Assembly: GCA_963828165.1 (NCBI GenBank)
Contig: CAWHDR010000001.1
Location: 1,696,001 to 1,760,000, forward strand
From: an uncultured Chloroflexia bacterium
Lineage (GTDB): Bacteria; Chloroflexota; Limnocylindria; Limnocylindrales; CSP1-4
DNA length: 64,000 bases
Reading direction: 5' to 3'
The translations under genes were made by a program, and so were the position numbers. Under the pieces are notes generated by a model. That model made no database searches. It had not been told where the DNA came from and saw only the letters and a program-made list of their open reading frames with translations. Shown here one piece after another: positions 48,466-58,642 of the stretch; position 1 is the stretch's first letter, and each line of letters begins with the position of its first letter.

Positions 48466-48953
48466 GACGTCGGCCGCCAGGCGTACCGCACGTCCGGTTG
48501 GCGCTCCTCATTGTGGCTTCCGTCGCCGAAGGCGATCGGCTCGAACCCGGCCCGCTCGTAGAAGCGACGGGCGTTGGCATTGACCGCGAAGCAGTACAGG
48601 TCCACTCCGGCCGGCCGCCGCTCCTTGGCGATGGCCACCAGCCGCTTGCCCAGACCGTGCCCGATCCAGGCCGGGGCCACGTACAGCTGCTCGATCATGG
48701 CGTCTGACAGCGCCATCAGCGCCACGACGGTTCCGTTTGGTGCCACCGCGACCCACGTCTCGTGGTCGGGGACGAGCTCGCCCGCGAGCCAGCGCCGGAC
48801 ATCGTCATCCGGATGCGACGGTTCGAAATCGAACGTCGCGCGCCAGGACGTCAGCCACACGTCGCCGATCCCTCCCGCGTCATGCGGTCCGGCACGCCGG
48901 ATCTCGATCTCGTCGGCGGATGGCGGTCGATCGCCCGTCGCCGGAACGGCCAT
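48462..48953 (-). CDS. GNAT family N-acetyltransferase
   Basis: QLYVAP..GHGLG, NANARRFYERAGF, NEERQPD; TGATG overlap. Confidence 0.88.
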   Translation of the reverse strand: MAVPATGDRPPSADEIEIRRAGPHDAGGIGDVWLTSWRATFDFEPSHPDDDVRRWLAGELVPDHETWVAVAPNGTVVALMALSDAMIEQLYVAPAWIGHGLGKRLVAIAKERRPAGVDLYCFAVNANARRFYERAGFEPIAFGDGSHNEERQPDVRYAWRPTS

Positions 48954-49762
48954 CAGCGCGCTGGCAGGCTGGCCGCTGCCGCCTGGTCCAGGATCCACGT
49001 CGCCCCATCGCGGCGCGTGAGCTGCGCCGGCCAGCGGGTCGGGTCGAGCTCCGGGCCGAAGATGTCGGCGAGGATCGCCGCCTTGCCGGCCCCGTGCATC
49101 ACGACGAGGATCTGCCGCGCGACCGCGAGGATGGCGGGGTTGAGCGTCACCCGCTCGACGTGTGGCTCGATGTGGGTGGGGGCCGGGATCGCCAGCGCCC
49201 AGTCCGTCGATTCGAACGCGGCGGAGCCCGGGAACACGGACAGCACGTGCCCGTCGCCGCCCACGCCGAGCAGCACGAGATCGAGCACGGGCCAGCCGTC
49301 GACGACCTCGAGATCGGCGGCACGGAGCTCTCGCTCGAGTTCTGCCGCACAGCCGGCGGCACCCCAGCCCTCCCCGATCGCTTCGCCCGTCCGGAATGGA
49401 TGGATGTTCGCGAGAGGGAGGGGAACACCCGTCGCGTTGCTCCCGATAGTGCTGCCCGCCTGACGGCCGGGCAGGTCGAGCAGGACGTCGTCGAACGGCT
49501 TGACGTTGGACAAGGCGTGGTCGCGCGGCACGAAGCGATCGTCGCCCCACCACACGTGGACGCTCGGCCACGGGATGTCGTGTGCGTGCTCGGGCGCGGC
49601 GAGGTGCCGGTAGATCCCGACCGGGGTTGAGCCGCCGGTCGTGGCCCAGTCGGCCCGGCCGCGTGCCTCGATGGCGCCCCGCAACGACGCTCCGATCCGG
49701 TCCCCGGCCAGCGCGGATGCGGCCGCCGCATCGGCGACGACGACGATCTCCGGATCGGTCAT
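48953..49762 (-). CDS. pgl: 6-phosphogluconolactonase
   Basis: GGSTP, WGDDRFVP, LGVGGDGH, RVTL, GKA. Confidence 0.92.
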   Translation of the reverse strand: MTDPEIVVVADAAAASALAGDRIGASLRGAIEARGRADWATTGGSTPVGIYRHLAAPEHAHDIPWPSVHVWWGDDRFVPRDHALSNVKPFDDVLLDLPGRQAGSTIGSNATGVPLPLANIHPFRTGEAIGEGWGAAGCAAELERELRAADLEVVDGWPVLDLVLLGVGGDGHVLSVFPGSAAFESTDWALAIPAPTHIEPHVERVTLNPAILAVARQILVVMHGAGKAAILADIFGPELDPTRWPAQLTRRDGATWILDQAAAASLPAR

Positions 49763-51042
49763 GACGCCGGCCGTGCGCCCGCTGGGGGGATGGCTCCGCC
49801 GGCGAGCTGAGCCGCGGCGCGCAGGCTGACGGTCGCGATGTCCTCGCGGCGGCCGGTCTCGATCGCCTCGGCCAGCAGGTCGACCTCCCCGCGACGCGCG
49901 GCGAGGAACCGCCGTTCGAGTGCCTCCACCCCGTCCTGCCAGACGCGCACGTGGACCGCCTCGGCCTCTGCGGTCACGTCGGCGCGCAACTCGGAGCCGC
50001 GTCGCTCGGCCAGGAGCTCGACGCGGAGGGTCGTGCCGGCGGGCATCGTCGAGACGACCGGCCGCAGGACGACCGCGACCTCACCGCGCCCCTGGCTCAG
50101 CGTGGCCGCCATCCCGCGGCTGACCACCGGCCGCCCTCCGGGTGCGGGTTTCGAGCGGGAGGCCGCGGGCCGCTCGGCCACGGCTGCCAACGGTTTCACG
50201 ACCGACATCCCGAGCCGCGAGGCCAGCCACGCGACGTGGTAGATCGGCTTGACGATGTTCGTCGAGCCCGGCGCGCCAGTCTCGTCATGGGTGGCGTAGG
50301 TCACGGCGATGCGCCGTAGCGAGCCGAGGTACGGCAGGAAATCCGGATCGTCGAAGATGGAGGCGATGGCCTCCCGCCAGCGCGACTGGCGGACCAGGGC
50401 GAAGTCGCTGATCGCCAGCCGGGTCACGTCGAGCAGGCCCGCCATCTCGCGCATCCGTTCGAGTCCGTCGCCGTTCCATGTCGAGCCGTCCACCACGAGT
50501 CGGTCCGCGCCGCTGAGCAGATCGAACGCGGCCCGCGAGGTGAACGGCGGCTCGCCCGGCCACCAGACGGTCACCGGCAGGTCGTGGACGATCAGCGGCG
50601 TCACGATCGCCGACAGATGCCGGCCGGCCTCACCGCCGGCCGTCAGGTGGATCGTCTCGGCGCAGGTCTCGGGCGCGTCCTCGCGCGGCAGCACGCAGTG
50701 CGCCTCCACCCGCGCATCCAGCCACGACGGCCCGTCTGGATCCGCGGACTGGACGACGATGGTCCGCGACGGGTGCCGCCCCGTGAGTGCCTGGATCGTG
50801 GCCGCGCCACGCTCCGCGATCTCCGGCCGGCGCGCGATGACCACGAGGTTCATCACGCTCGTCCGGGCGGCGATGTGGCGGGCGGGTTCGCCGTTCACCT
50901 CGGTGGTCAGGTCCTGCTTGGCCCAGATCCGGGCGAGCTCCGTTTCGATCTCGGCGATGCTGTGGGCGCGTGCCGACCAGCGCAGGACCGGCTCGTTGAG
51001 TGCCACGGCCGGTGCGACGGAGGTCGGCAAGGCGGGGCTCAG
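49759..51042 (-). CDS. opcA: glucose-6-phosphate dehydrogenase assembly protein
   Basis: RTSVMNLV, HPSR, DLPVTVWWPG, DRLVVD; lies between zwf and pgl; start uncertain. Confidence 0.85.
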   Translation of the reverse strand: MSPALPTSVAPAVALNEPVLRWSARAHSIAEIETELARIWAKQDLTTEVNGEPARHIAARTSVMNLVVIARRPEIAERGAATIQALTGRHPSRTIVVQSADPDGPSWLDARVEAHCVLPREDAPETCAETIHLTAGGEAGRHLSAIVTPLIVHDLPVTVWWPGEPPFTSRAAFDLLSGADRLVVDGSTWNGDGLERMREMAGLLDVTRLAISDFALVRQSRWREAIASIFDDPDFLPYLGSLRRIAVTYATHDETGAPGSTNIVKPIYHVAWLASRLGMSVVKPLAAVAERPAASRSKPAPGGRPVVSRGMAATLSQGRGEVAVVLRPVVSTMPAGTTLRVELLAERRGSELRADVTAEAEAVHVRVWQDGVEALERRFLAARRGEVDLLAEAIETGRREDIATVSLRAAAQLAGGAIPPAGARPAS

Positions 51043-52736
51043 ATCCGTCGCCAGCGCTTGCCGTCGCGGGCGATCATCTCGTCGGCCTCGGTCGGGCCCC
51101 ACGTCCCGGCATCGTAGTTGGCGAAGTCGGGCGCCGGGCTCGATGCCCACAGGTCGATGATCGGGTCGACGATGCTCCACGCTTCCTCGACCTCGTCCGC
51201 GCGCGTGAACAGCGAGGCGTCCCCCTGGAGGGCGTCGAGGATCAGCGTCTCATAGGCGTCGGGCGAGTCGATGTTGAAGGCGGACCCATAGGTGAAGTCC
51301 ATCGTGACCGGGCGGATCGCCATGCCCAGGCCCGGCACCTTGGCACCGAACCGCAGCATGATCCCCTCGTCCGGCTGGATGCGGATGGCGAGCAGGTTCG
51401 GGTCCGGTTCCGTGGCGGCGTCGCGGAACAGGCGATGCGGCACCTCGCGGAACTGGATGGCGATCTCCGTGGAGCGCTTGGGCAGGCGCTTGCCGGTCCG
51501 CACGTAGAACGGCACGCCCGACCAGCGCCAGTCGTCGATCGTCAGGCGCGCGGCGATGTAGGTCTCGGTCTCGGAGGACGGGTCGACGTCCTGCTCCTCC
51601 CGGTAGCCCGGCACCTGCGTCGCGGCGACCCAGCCCGGGCCGTATTGTCCGCGGACGACGTTGCCGGGCGAGTCCGCGGGACTGGCGATCGCACGGAGCA
51701 CCTTGACCTTCTCGTCGCGCAGCGGGTCCGCCTCGAACGTCGCCGGCGGCTCCATCGCGACGAGGCTGACGAGCTGGAGCAGGTGGTTCTGGAGGACATC
51801 GCGTGACGCGCCGGTCTCTTCGTAGAAGGCGCCACGGTTTTCGATGCCGATCGACTCGGCCACGGTGATCTGCACGTGATCGACATAGCGCCGGTTCCAG
51901 AGTGGCTCGAAGATGCCGTTCCCGAACCGGAAGACCAGCAGGTTGCGGACGGTCTCCTTGCCCAAATAGTGGTCGATGCGGTAGACCTGCGACTCGCGGA
52001 AGACCTTGCCGACCTCGCGGTTCAGCTTCTTGGCGGAGTCGAGGTCGTGGCCGAACGGCTTCTCGATGACGATGCGTCGCCAACCGCCGTCATGGCGCTC
52101 GTGATCGAGGCCCACGCGGCCCAGCTGGGCGACGAGGTCCGCGAACTGCGACGGCTGCGTGGCGAGGTAGAACAGCCGATTGCCGCGCGTGGCGTGCTCG
52201 GTATCGATCTCGTCGAGGCGGCTGGCCAGGCGATCGAAGCCGGCAGGATCGGTGAAATCGCAGCGGTCGTACACGATCCGCTCGCTGAACGACGCCCAGG
52301 CCGCTTCGTCGAGCGGCAGCACGCGGCTGAACTCATCAAGGCCCTTGCGAACTTCGGCCCGATAGTCGTCGTCGTCGTACGGACGGCGGCCGACGGCGAT
52401 CAGGAGGAATTCGTGTGGCAGGAGGTTGGTCCGCCACAGGTGGTACATCGCCGGGATGACCTTGCGGTAGGCGAGGTCGCCGGTCGCCCCGAACAGCACC
52501 AGGACCGATGGATCGGGCACCCGTTCCAGGTGGAGCCCCTGGCGAAGGACGTTCTCGGCAGGCTTGGCGCGCGACGCCCGCTTGCCTTCGCGGACCTCGC
52601 GCAGCTGGCGCATGGTCTTGGGCGCGTCCTTGGGACGGGGCGCCGGTTGGGCGGGGATCGGCTGGTCCGGCGGCGCGTCGACAGGCGCGGGGTCCTTGAC
52701 CGGCACCTCGACCTTGCCCTTCACCCGCGTCGCCAT
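51039..52736 (-). CDS. zwf: glucose-6-phosphate 1-dehydrogenase
   Basis: FGATGDLA, EKPFG, RIDHYLGKE, QNHLLQ, RWSGVPFYVRTGK. Confidence 0.97.
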   Translation of the reverse strand: MATRVKGKVEVPVKDPAPVDAPPDQPIPAQPAPRPKDAPKTMRQLREVREGKRASRAKPAENVLRQGLHLERVPDPSVLVLFGATGDLAYRKVIPAMYHLWRTNLLPHEFLLIAVGRRPYDDDDYRAEVRKGLDEFSRVLPLDEAAWASFSERIVYDRCDFTDPAGFDRLASRLDEIDTEHATRGNRLFYLATQPSQFADLVAQLGRVGLDHERHDGGWRRIVIEKPFGHDLDSAKKLNREVGKVFRESQVYRIDHYLGKETVRNLLVFRFGNGIFEPLWNRRYVDHVQITVAESIGIENRGAFYEETGASRDVLQNHLLQLVSLVAMEPPATFEADPLRDEKVKVLRAIASPADSPGNVVRGQYGPGWVAATQVPGYREEQDVDPSSETETYIAARLTIDDWRWSGVPFYVRTGKRLPKRSTEIAIQFREVPHRLFRDAATEPDPNLLAIRIQPDEGIMLRFGAKVPGLGMAIRPVTMDFTYGSAFNIDSPDAYETLILDALQGDASLFTRADEVEEAWSIVDPIIDLWASSPAPDFANYDAGTWGPTEADEMIARDGKRWRRI

Positions 52737-52740
52737 CGCG

Positions 52741-53649
52741 CTATTCGGTCTTCACGGCATGACCGCCGAACTCGTTGCGCAGGGCGGCCAGCACCTTGCC
52801 CGTGTACGAATCGTCCTGGCGGGACCGGAAGCGGGTCAGCAGCGACAGCGTGATCACGGGCGCCGGCACGTCCTTGTCGATCGCCTCCTGGACCGTCCAG
52901 CGGCCCTCGCCGGAGTCCGCCACCCAGCCCTTGAGATGTTCCAGGTCGCGGCCGTTGGCCTCGAACGCCCGGCCCAGCAGCTCGAGCAACCACGACCGCA
53001 CGACCGAGCCCTGCATCCACAGCGCCGAGATGCCCGCGAGATCGAGGTCGTAGTCGCTCGCGTGCATGATCTCGAAACCCTCGGCATAGGCCTGCATGAG
53101 GCCGTATTCGATGCCGTTGTGGACCATCTTCACGTAGTGGCCGGCGCCCGGACCGCCGACGTGCAGGTAGCCGCCCTTCGGAGCGAGGGTCGTGAAGATG
53201 GGCTCGAGCGCCGTGACCGGCTCCTTGTCTCCCCCGACCATCAGACAGTAGCCGAGCTCCAGCCCCCAGATGCCACCCGACGTCCCCGCGTCGACATAGG
53301 CGATGCCCTTGGCCTTGAGCGCCTCGTGCCGGCGGACGTCGTCATGGAAGTTGGTGTTGCCGCCGTCGATGATCGTGTCACCCGGCTCGAGGTGCTCGAG
53401 CAGCTCCTCGATCTGCGCCTCGGTCGCATCGCCGGCCGGGACCATCACCCAGACCGCGCGCGGCTTCTCGAGCTTGGAGACCAGCTCTTCGATCGAGTAG
53501 GACGGGATGGCGCCCTCGCCGGCGATCTCGGTGGTCTTCTCCGGCGTGCGGTTGTAGACGACGACCTCCTGGCCGTCGCGGATGAGCCGGCGGACCATGT
53601 TGGCCCCCATCCGGCCCAGACCGATGAACCCGATGCGCATGGGGATCAA
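52741..53649 (-). CDS. gnd: 6-phosphogluconate dehydrogenase, decarboxylating (short form)
   Basis: GLGRMG, DGGN, KMVHNGIEYG, DSGEGRW, RNEFGGH. Confidence 0.95.
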   Translation of the reverse strand: MIPMRIGFIGLGRMGANMVRRLIRDGQEVVVYNRTPEKTTEIAGEGAIPSYSIEELVSKLEKPRAVWVMVPAGDATEAQIEELLEHLEPGDTIIDGGNTNFHDDVRRHEALKAKGIAYVDAGTSGGIWGLELGYCLMVGGDKEPVTALEPIFTTLAPKGGYLHVGGPGAGHYVKMVHNGIEYGLMQAYAEGFEIMHASDYDLDLAGISALWMQGSVVRSWLLELLGRAFEANGRDLEHLKGWVADSGEGRWTVQEAIDKDVPAPVITLSLLTRFRSRQDDSYTGKVLAALRNEFGGHAVKTE

Positions 53650-55370
53650 CCCTCCGAGGTCGTGCGAAGCGCGGCTTCGAGCGCGCGCTCCAGGGCGGCG
53701 AGGCCGGCGTCGGGATCGGCGCCGAGGTGGACCCGCAGGATGGACAGCTCGTGGCTCTCGAGTGCCGCGAAGTCGCCGTCGGCCTGGGCGTCGATGAGCT
53801 GGCCGAAGGTGTACGGCCAGCCGGGAATCTCACGGTCGTCGGGGTGATCGGCCGTCAGCTGGAGGAACTTGCCGATCGGGGGGCCGCCCTTATGCAGCTG
53901 GCCGGTCGAGTGGAGGAAGCGGGGGCCATAGCCGGCGGTCGTGGCGACCTGCGTCGCGTCACGCAGCATGGCGCGGATCCGGGTGAACGCCTCGTCGCGC
54001 GGGGGGGTCGGCGCGATGAACGCTTGCAGGGCGATGTAGGCCCTGGTCGGTCGGCCGATGTGCGAGGCGAGCATCGACGTCAGCGTCGGGTCCGTGACCG
54101 CGAGGCCCTTCGCCGCTGGATCCGCGGCACGGCCGCGACCCGCCTTCGCGAGCACGCTCCGCGTGAGCTCCTTGGCTTCCTCCACGTTGGGCTGGTCGAA
54201 CGGGTCGATGCCCAGGACCACACCGGCGATCGCCGTCGCGACCTCCCAGCGGACGAACTCCCCGCCAAGATCGATCGGGTCGGCCAGCTCGATGCGGATG
54301 ACCGGATGGCCCGCGGCCTCAAGCTGTCCGGCCAGGACGTCCCGGCCACCGTCCGTGCCATCCGTGACTGAAAGCCGGACGAACACGCGGTCCGGGCCGT
54401 AGGCGTCCGCGGCCCCGAGCGGCTCCAGGTCGATCGGGACGATCCCGACCCCATGCTTCCCGGTGCTCTCCGCGATCAACTGCTCGGCCCACGCCCCGAA
54501 GGACGAGATCTCGTCGTCGGCGAGGAAGGTGAGCTTGTCGCGGCCGGCCTTCGCCAGAGTGCCCATCGCGATGCCCAGCGACACGCCGGGATTGCGGCCC
54601 GGATCGGGCTCACGGCAGGCGCCCAGCATGGCCAACGCAGACGCCAGCAGGGCGTCGAGGTCGAGGCCGATGAGCGATGCCGGCACCAGCCCGACATACG
54701 TCAGCGCGCTGTAGCGGCCGCCGATGTCCGGTGGATTGAGGAACACCTCCCGGAAGTCGTCGTGGTGGGGGATCGCCTCGAGGCTCTTGCCGGGATCGGT
54801 GATCACGGCCATCAGGCCACCGGGCTTCTCATAGACGTGGTGCTTGACCTTGTCGAGCTCCTTGTCGGCGAGGTCCCAGAAGTACTCGAGGAACGCGTTG
54901 GGCTCGGTCGTGGTGCCGGACTTGCTGGCGATGATGACCAGCGTCTTGAGCGGGTCCAGGTCGTCGAAGACGGCCGCCACTGCCGCGGGGTCCGTTGAAT
55001 CGAGGATGCGCAGGTCCAGGTATCCCTCCTGGGACCCGAACGTCCGGTGCAGCACGTCCGGCGCGAGGCTGCTGCCGCCCATCCCGGCCACGACAGCCGT
55101 CGTGAATCCGGCCTGCACGATGCCGTCGCCGAACCCTTCGAGCCCCGCGACGTTGTCGGCGAAGTCCACCGGTGCCTCCAGCCAGCCGAGCCGCTCCGCG
55201 ATCGACTTCTGGACTGCCGGATCGTCCGACCACAGCGTCACGTCGCGATCGAACAGCCGAGTCGCCCATTCGTCGGCCCGTGCCCCCTCCACGGCCGCGT
55301 CGTAGGCGGCGGTCGCATCACCGAGCGCGAAGCCCGGGGCACGGACGGAGGTCGACGTGGGATCGGTCAT
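53646..55370 (-). CDS. pgi: glucose-6-phosphate isomerase (Tal-Pgi C-terminal type, standalone)
   Basis: RLGWL, GMGGSSL, ASKSGTT, IGGRYS, QLIAESTGK, PFDQPNV, HSTGQLHKGG; GGAGG RBS. Confidence 0.9.
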   Translation of the reverse strand: MTDPTSTSVRAPGFALGDATAAYDAAVEGARADEWATRLFDRDVTLWSDDPAVQKSIAERLGWLEAPVDFADNVAGLEGFGDGIVQAGFTTAVVAGMGGSSLAPDVLHRTFGSQEGYLDLRILDSTDPAAVAAVFDDLDPLKTLVIIASKSGTTTEPNAFLEYFWDLADKELDKVKHHVYEKPGGLMAVITDPGKSLEAIPHHDDFREVFLNPPDIGGRYSALTYVGLVPASLIGLDLDALLASALAMLGACREPDPGRNPGVSLGIAMGTLAKAGRDKLTFLADDEISSFGAWAEQLIAESTGKHGVGIVPIDLEPLGAADAYGPDRVFVRLSVTDGTDGGRDVLAGQLEAAGHPVIRIELADPIDLGGEFVRWEVATAIAGVVLGIDPFDQPNVEEAKELTRSVLAKAGRGRAADPAAKGLAVTDPTLTSMLASHIGRPTRAYIALQAFIAPTPPRDEAFTRIRAMLRDATQVATTAGYGPRFLHSTGQLHKGGPPIGKFLQLTADHPDDREIPGWPYTFGQLIDAQADGDFAALESHELSILRVHLGADPDAGLAALERALEAALRTTSEG

Positions 55371-55483
55371 CGTGGCCTCCGAGCGAGGATGGTCAGCTGG
55401 GGTCGTCCATGGTACGACGGCCCGCGGGTCGCGAGTCACCCGACGTCGGCGCCCCGTCCCTCCCGCCACCGACCTTGGCGCCA

Positions 55484-55597
55484 GCAGCGTTCCAACCGGC
55501 CACCGAACCGCCCAAATCTGGAGATCAGCGGTCAATCTGGAACGCTGCATGCCCCCATTCGGCGCCGAAAGGGCCTTCGGCGGTCCGCTGGAACGCT
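55484..55597. repeat. AGCGTTCCA/TGGAACGCT inverted-repeat cluster
   Basis: GCAGCGTTCCA 55484, TGGAACGCTGC 55538, TGGAACGCT 55589. Confidence 0.5.
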
Positions 55598-55638
55598 CGT
55601 GGTTCCAAGCTGGGACACGGGCGCGAGTGCGAGCCCGC

Positions 55639-56097
55639 CTACTCCCCAGCCGCCTCGATCGCGAAGACCTTGGCGAGCCGCCGCTGGTGGCGCGGCTCAC
55701 CGCTGAAACCGGCGCCGAGGAACGCGATCGCGCACTCGTACGCGGGTTCGGGGCCGATGACGCGGGCGCCCAGCGTCAGCACATTCATGTCGTCGTGCTC
55801 CACGCCCTGGTGCGCGGAATACGTGTCATGGCAGACCGCCGAGCGGATGCCGCGCATCTTGTTCGCGGCCACGCTGGCACCGACGCCCGAGCCACAGATC
55901 AGGATCCCGCGGTCCGCCTCGCCGCGCTGGATCGCCTCACCCAGGCGCTGCGCGAAGTCCGGGTAGTCGTCGTTCGGGTCGGAACCGTCGCCACCCAGAT
56001 CGATGAGGTCGTGACCGAGGCCGGCGTCGCCGAGCCGGCGCAGCAGCGCGTCCTTGAGCTCGGCCCCGGCATGGTCGGCGGAGAGAGCGATGCGCAT
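55639..56097 (-). CDS. rpiB: ribose-5-phosphate isomerase B
   Basis: [30 protein letters not shown]. Confidence 0.96.
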   Translation of the reverse strand: MRIALSADHAGAELKDALLRRLGDAGLGHDLIDLGGDGSDPNDDYPDFAQRLGEAIQRGEADRGILICGSGVGASVAANKMRGIRSAVCHDTYSAHQGVEHDDMNVLTLGARVIGPEPAYECAIAFLGAGFSGEPRHQRRLAKVFAIEAAGE

Positions 56098-56111
56098 GAG
56101 GCAAGGATAGC

Positions 56112-56340
56112 GGCCCGCGGTATCGGAACCTGCGAGACGCCGCGGAAACCGCTTCCGACAGGTGCCGACGTGCACCCCACGACGCTAACGTCGATCGGAG
56201 TCGATTTGGACGACCCAATCGACCTCGGTGATCGCTCGGCCGTGCATCAGGTGCACAAACGCGGAACGAACGGGTGGCGTCGGCCGTTTGTTCGCGGATA
56301 GGGTCACCACGTGCACGTCGGGTCAGTTTCCCGATGGGCC
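56112..56340 (+). ncRNA. candidate ~230-nt multibranched structured RNA/element
   Basis: CCGACGTGCAC/GTGCACGTCGG, GGTGATC/GGTCACC and four internal hairpins; G-U pairs favour the + strand. Confidence 0.5.
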
Positions 56341-56404
56341 CGATCGCGGCCCCCGCTGGCGCCCGCGCGGGCCGGCGCCAGACCGGAGACCGGCCCAAAA
56401 GCGA

Positions 56405-58540
56405 TCAGCTGTGCCCGGGATCCGAGCTTGCGGTGCGGCCGACGCCGGCCTCACCGGCGTCCAGCGTCGGGTGCCCGCCCATGTGCCCGAAGTGACCGCC
56501 CTCGACCGTCGGGATGCGGCCGCGCAGGCCGTCGCGCACGACGCGCCGGCCGATGTCCGTGACACGCTCCGCGGTGAAGCCCAACTTCTCGAAGATCGTA
56601 CCGGCCGGTGCGGAGGCGCCGAAGTGATCGAGGCCGACGATCGCACCCTCGTCACCGACCCAGCGCTCCCAGCCGAGCGACACGCCGACCTCGACGCTGA
56701 CGCGCTTGCGGACGGCCGGCGGCAGGACCAAATCGCGGTACGCCTGGTCCTGGAGGTCGAACGTCTCCCAGCAGGGCATCGACACGACTCGCGCCCGGAT
56801 GCCGTCCGCCTCGAGCGCCTCGGCGGCCGCGAACGCGAGCTGCAGCTCAGAGCCCGTGGCGATGAAGATCAGCTCCGGGTCCCCGTCACCCTTTGCCTCG
56901 CGCAGGACATAGGCGCCGCGTTGCAGGCCCTCGCGAGCGTTCTTGGCCGTGCCCGCGAGTACCGGGAGCTTCTGCCGGGTGAGGGCCAGCGCCACCGGGC
57001 CGTCGCGCCGCTCGACGGCGAGTGCCCAGGCCGCCGCCGTCTCGTTGGCGTCGCCGGGTCGCACGAACCAGAGATTGGGGATCGCCCGCAGGGCGGCGTA
57101 GTGCTCGACCGGCTCGTGGGTCGGCCCGTCCTCACCCAGGCCCACCGAGTCGTGCGTCCAGACGTGGATGACGTGGAGTCCGGCCAGCGCGCCCAGCCGG
57201 ACCGCCCCGCGCATGTAATCGCTGAACGTCAGGAAGGTCGCGTCGTACGGGATGAACCCGCCGTGATAGGCGATGCCGTTGGCGATGCCACCCATGCCGT
57301 GCTCGCGAACGCCGAAGCGCAGGTTCCGACCGGGCTCGTCGGCGCTGAAGTTGGGCTCGCCCTTCACATCCGTAAGGTTGGATTCCGAGAGGTCGGCGGC
57401 GCCGCCGAACAGCTCGGGGACGGAGCCCGCGAGGGCCTGGATCGCCTCCTGTGACGCGTTCCTGGTCGCGACTTCGGTGCCGGTGTCGTACGTCTTGAGG
57501 TCAGTGTCCCAGCCGTCCGAGAGCTCCCCGGCGAGGCGCCGCCGGAAGGTCGCGGCGAGTCGCGGATGGGCCGCCTCGTACGCATCCAGCCGACCCTCCC
57601 ATTCCTTGACCAGGTCCTTGCCCGCGCCCACGGACTTGCGGAATACGCGGAGCGCGTCCTCAGGGATGTAGAAGCTCTTGTCCGGGTCCCAGCCGTAGGC
57701 CTCCTTGGTGAGGCGAACCTCGTCCGGACCGAGCGGCGCGCCATGCGCCTTCTGCGAATCCTGCTTGTTCGGGCTGCCGAAGCCGATATGCGTCCGGACC
57801 GCGATCAGGCTCGGCCGGTCGTCATGACGCGCCACCTCGATGGCGGCTTCGATCGCCCCGAGGTCGTTTCCGTCCGCGATGGCTTGCGTGTGCCAGCCGT
57901 AGGCGTCGAAGCGCTCGGGCACGTCTTCCGACCAGGCCATCGACGTCGGCCCGTCGAGCTGGATGTGGTTGTCGTCGTACAGGACGATGAGCTTGCCCAG
58001 GTGGAGGTGGCCGGCGAGGCTCGAGGCCTCCGATGCGATGCCCTCCTGGAGGTCGCCGTCCGACGCGATGACGTAGGTCCAGTGGTCGACGATCACGTGC
58101 TCGTCGCGGTTGAACTCGGCCGCCAGCCGGCGCTCGGCGATGGCCATGCCGACGGCATTCGAAAGGCCTTGCCCGAGCGGCCCGGTCGTCGCCTCTACCC
58201 CGGGGGTCAGGCCGTGCTCCGGGTGTCCCGGCGTGCGCGATCCCCACTGGCGGAACAGCTTCAGGTCATCGAGCGACAGGTCGTAGCCGGTCAGGTGAAG
58301 CAGGGAATAGAGCAGCATGCTGGCGTGGCCGGCGGAGAGCACGAAGCGGTCGCGGTCCGGCCACTCTGGGTTCGTCGGGGCGTGTCGCAGGAACCGGGTC
58401 CATAGCGCGTAGGCCATCGGCGCCGCACCCATCGGGGCCCCGGGGTGCCCGGAATTCGCCTGCTGGACAGCGTCCATCGAGAGGGTCCGGATCGTGTCGA
58501 TCGCGAGGCGGTCGAGGTCGGGCGTCACGGCAGCGGTCAT
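56405..58540 (-). CDS. tkt: transketolase
   Basis: [43 protein letters not shown]. Confidence 0.97.
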   Translation of the reverse strand: MTAAVTPDLDRLAIDTIRTLSMDAVQQANSGHPGAPMGAAPMAYALWTRFLRHAPTNPEWPDRDRFVLSAGHASMLLYSLLHLTGYDLSLDDLKLFRQWGSRTPGHPEHGLTPGVEATTGPLGQGLSNAVGMAIAERRLAAEFNRDEHVIVDHWTYVIASDGDLQEGIASEASSLAGHLHLGKLIVLYDDNHIQLDGPTSMAWSEDVPERFDAYGWHTQAIADGNDLGAIEAAIEVARHDDRPSLIAVRTHIGFGSPNKQDSQKAHGAPLGPDEVRLTKEAYGWDPDKSFYIPEDALRVFRKSVGAGKDLVKEWEGRLDAYEAAHPRLAATFRRRLAGELSDGWDTDLKTYDTGTEVATRNASQEAIQALAGSVPELFGGAADLSESNLTDVKGEPNFSADEPGRNLRFGVREHGMGGIANGIAYHGGFIPYDATFLTFSDYMRGAVRLGALAGLHVIHVWTHDSVGLGEDGPTHEPVEHYAALRAIPNLWFVRPGDANETAAAWALAVERRDGPVALALTRQKLPVLAGTAKNAREGLQRGAYVLREAKGDGDPELIFIATGSELQLAFAAAEALEADGIRARVVSMPCWETFDLQDQAYRDLVLPPAVRKRVSVEVGVSLGWERWVGDEGAIVGLDHFGASAPAGTIFEKLGFTAERVTDIGRRVVRDGLRGRIPTVEGGHFGHMGGHPTLDAGEAGVGRTASSDPGHS

Positions 58541-58642
58541 CGGGCGGGACTCCGGCTCGGGCGGGCAGGTGGAGCGCCATTGTAGGTCGGCCGGCGACAG
58601 GGGCTGAGCGGACCGACGCGTGCGCGCCTATCCTCGGAACCG

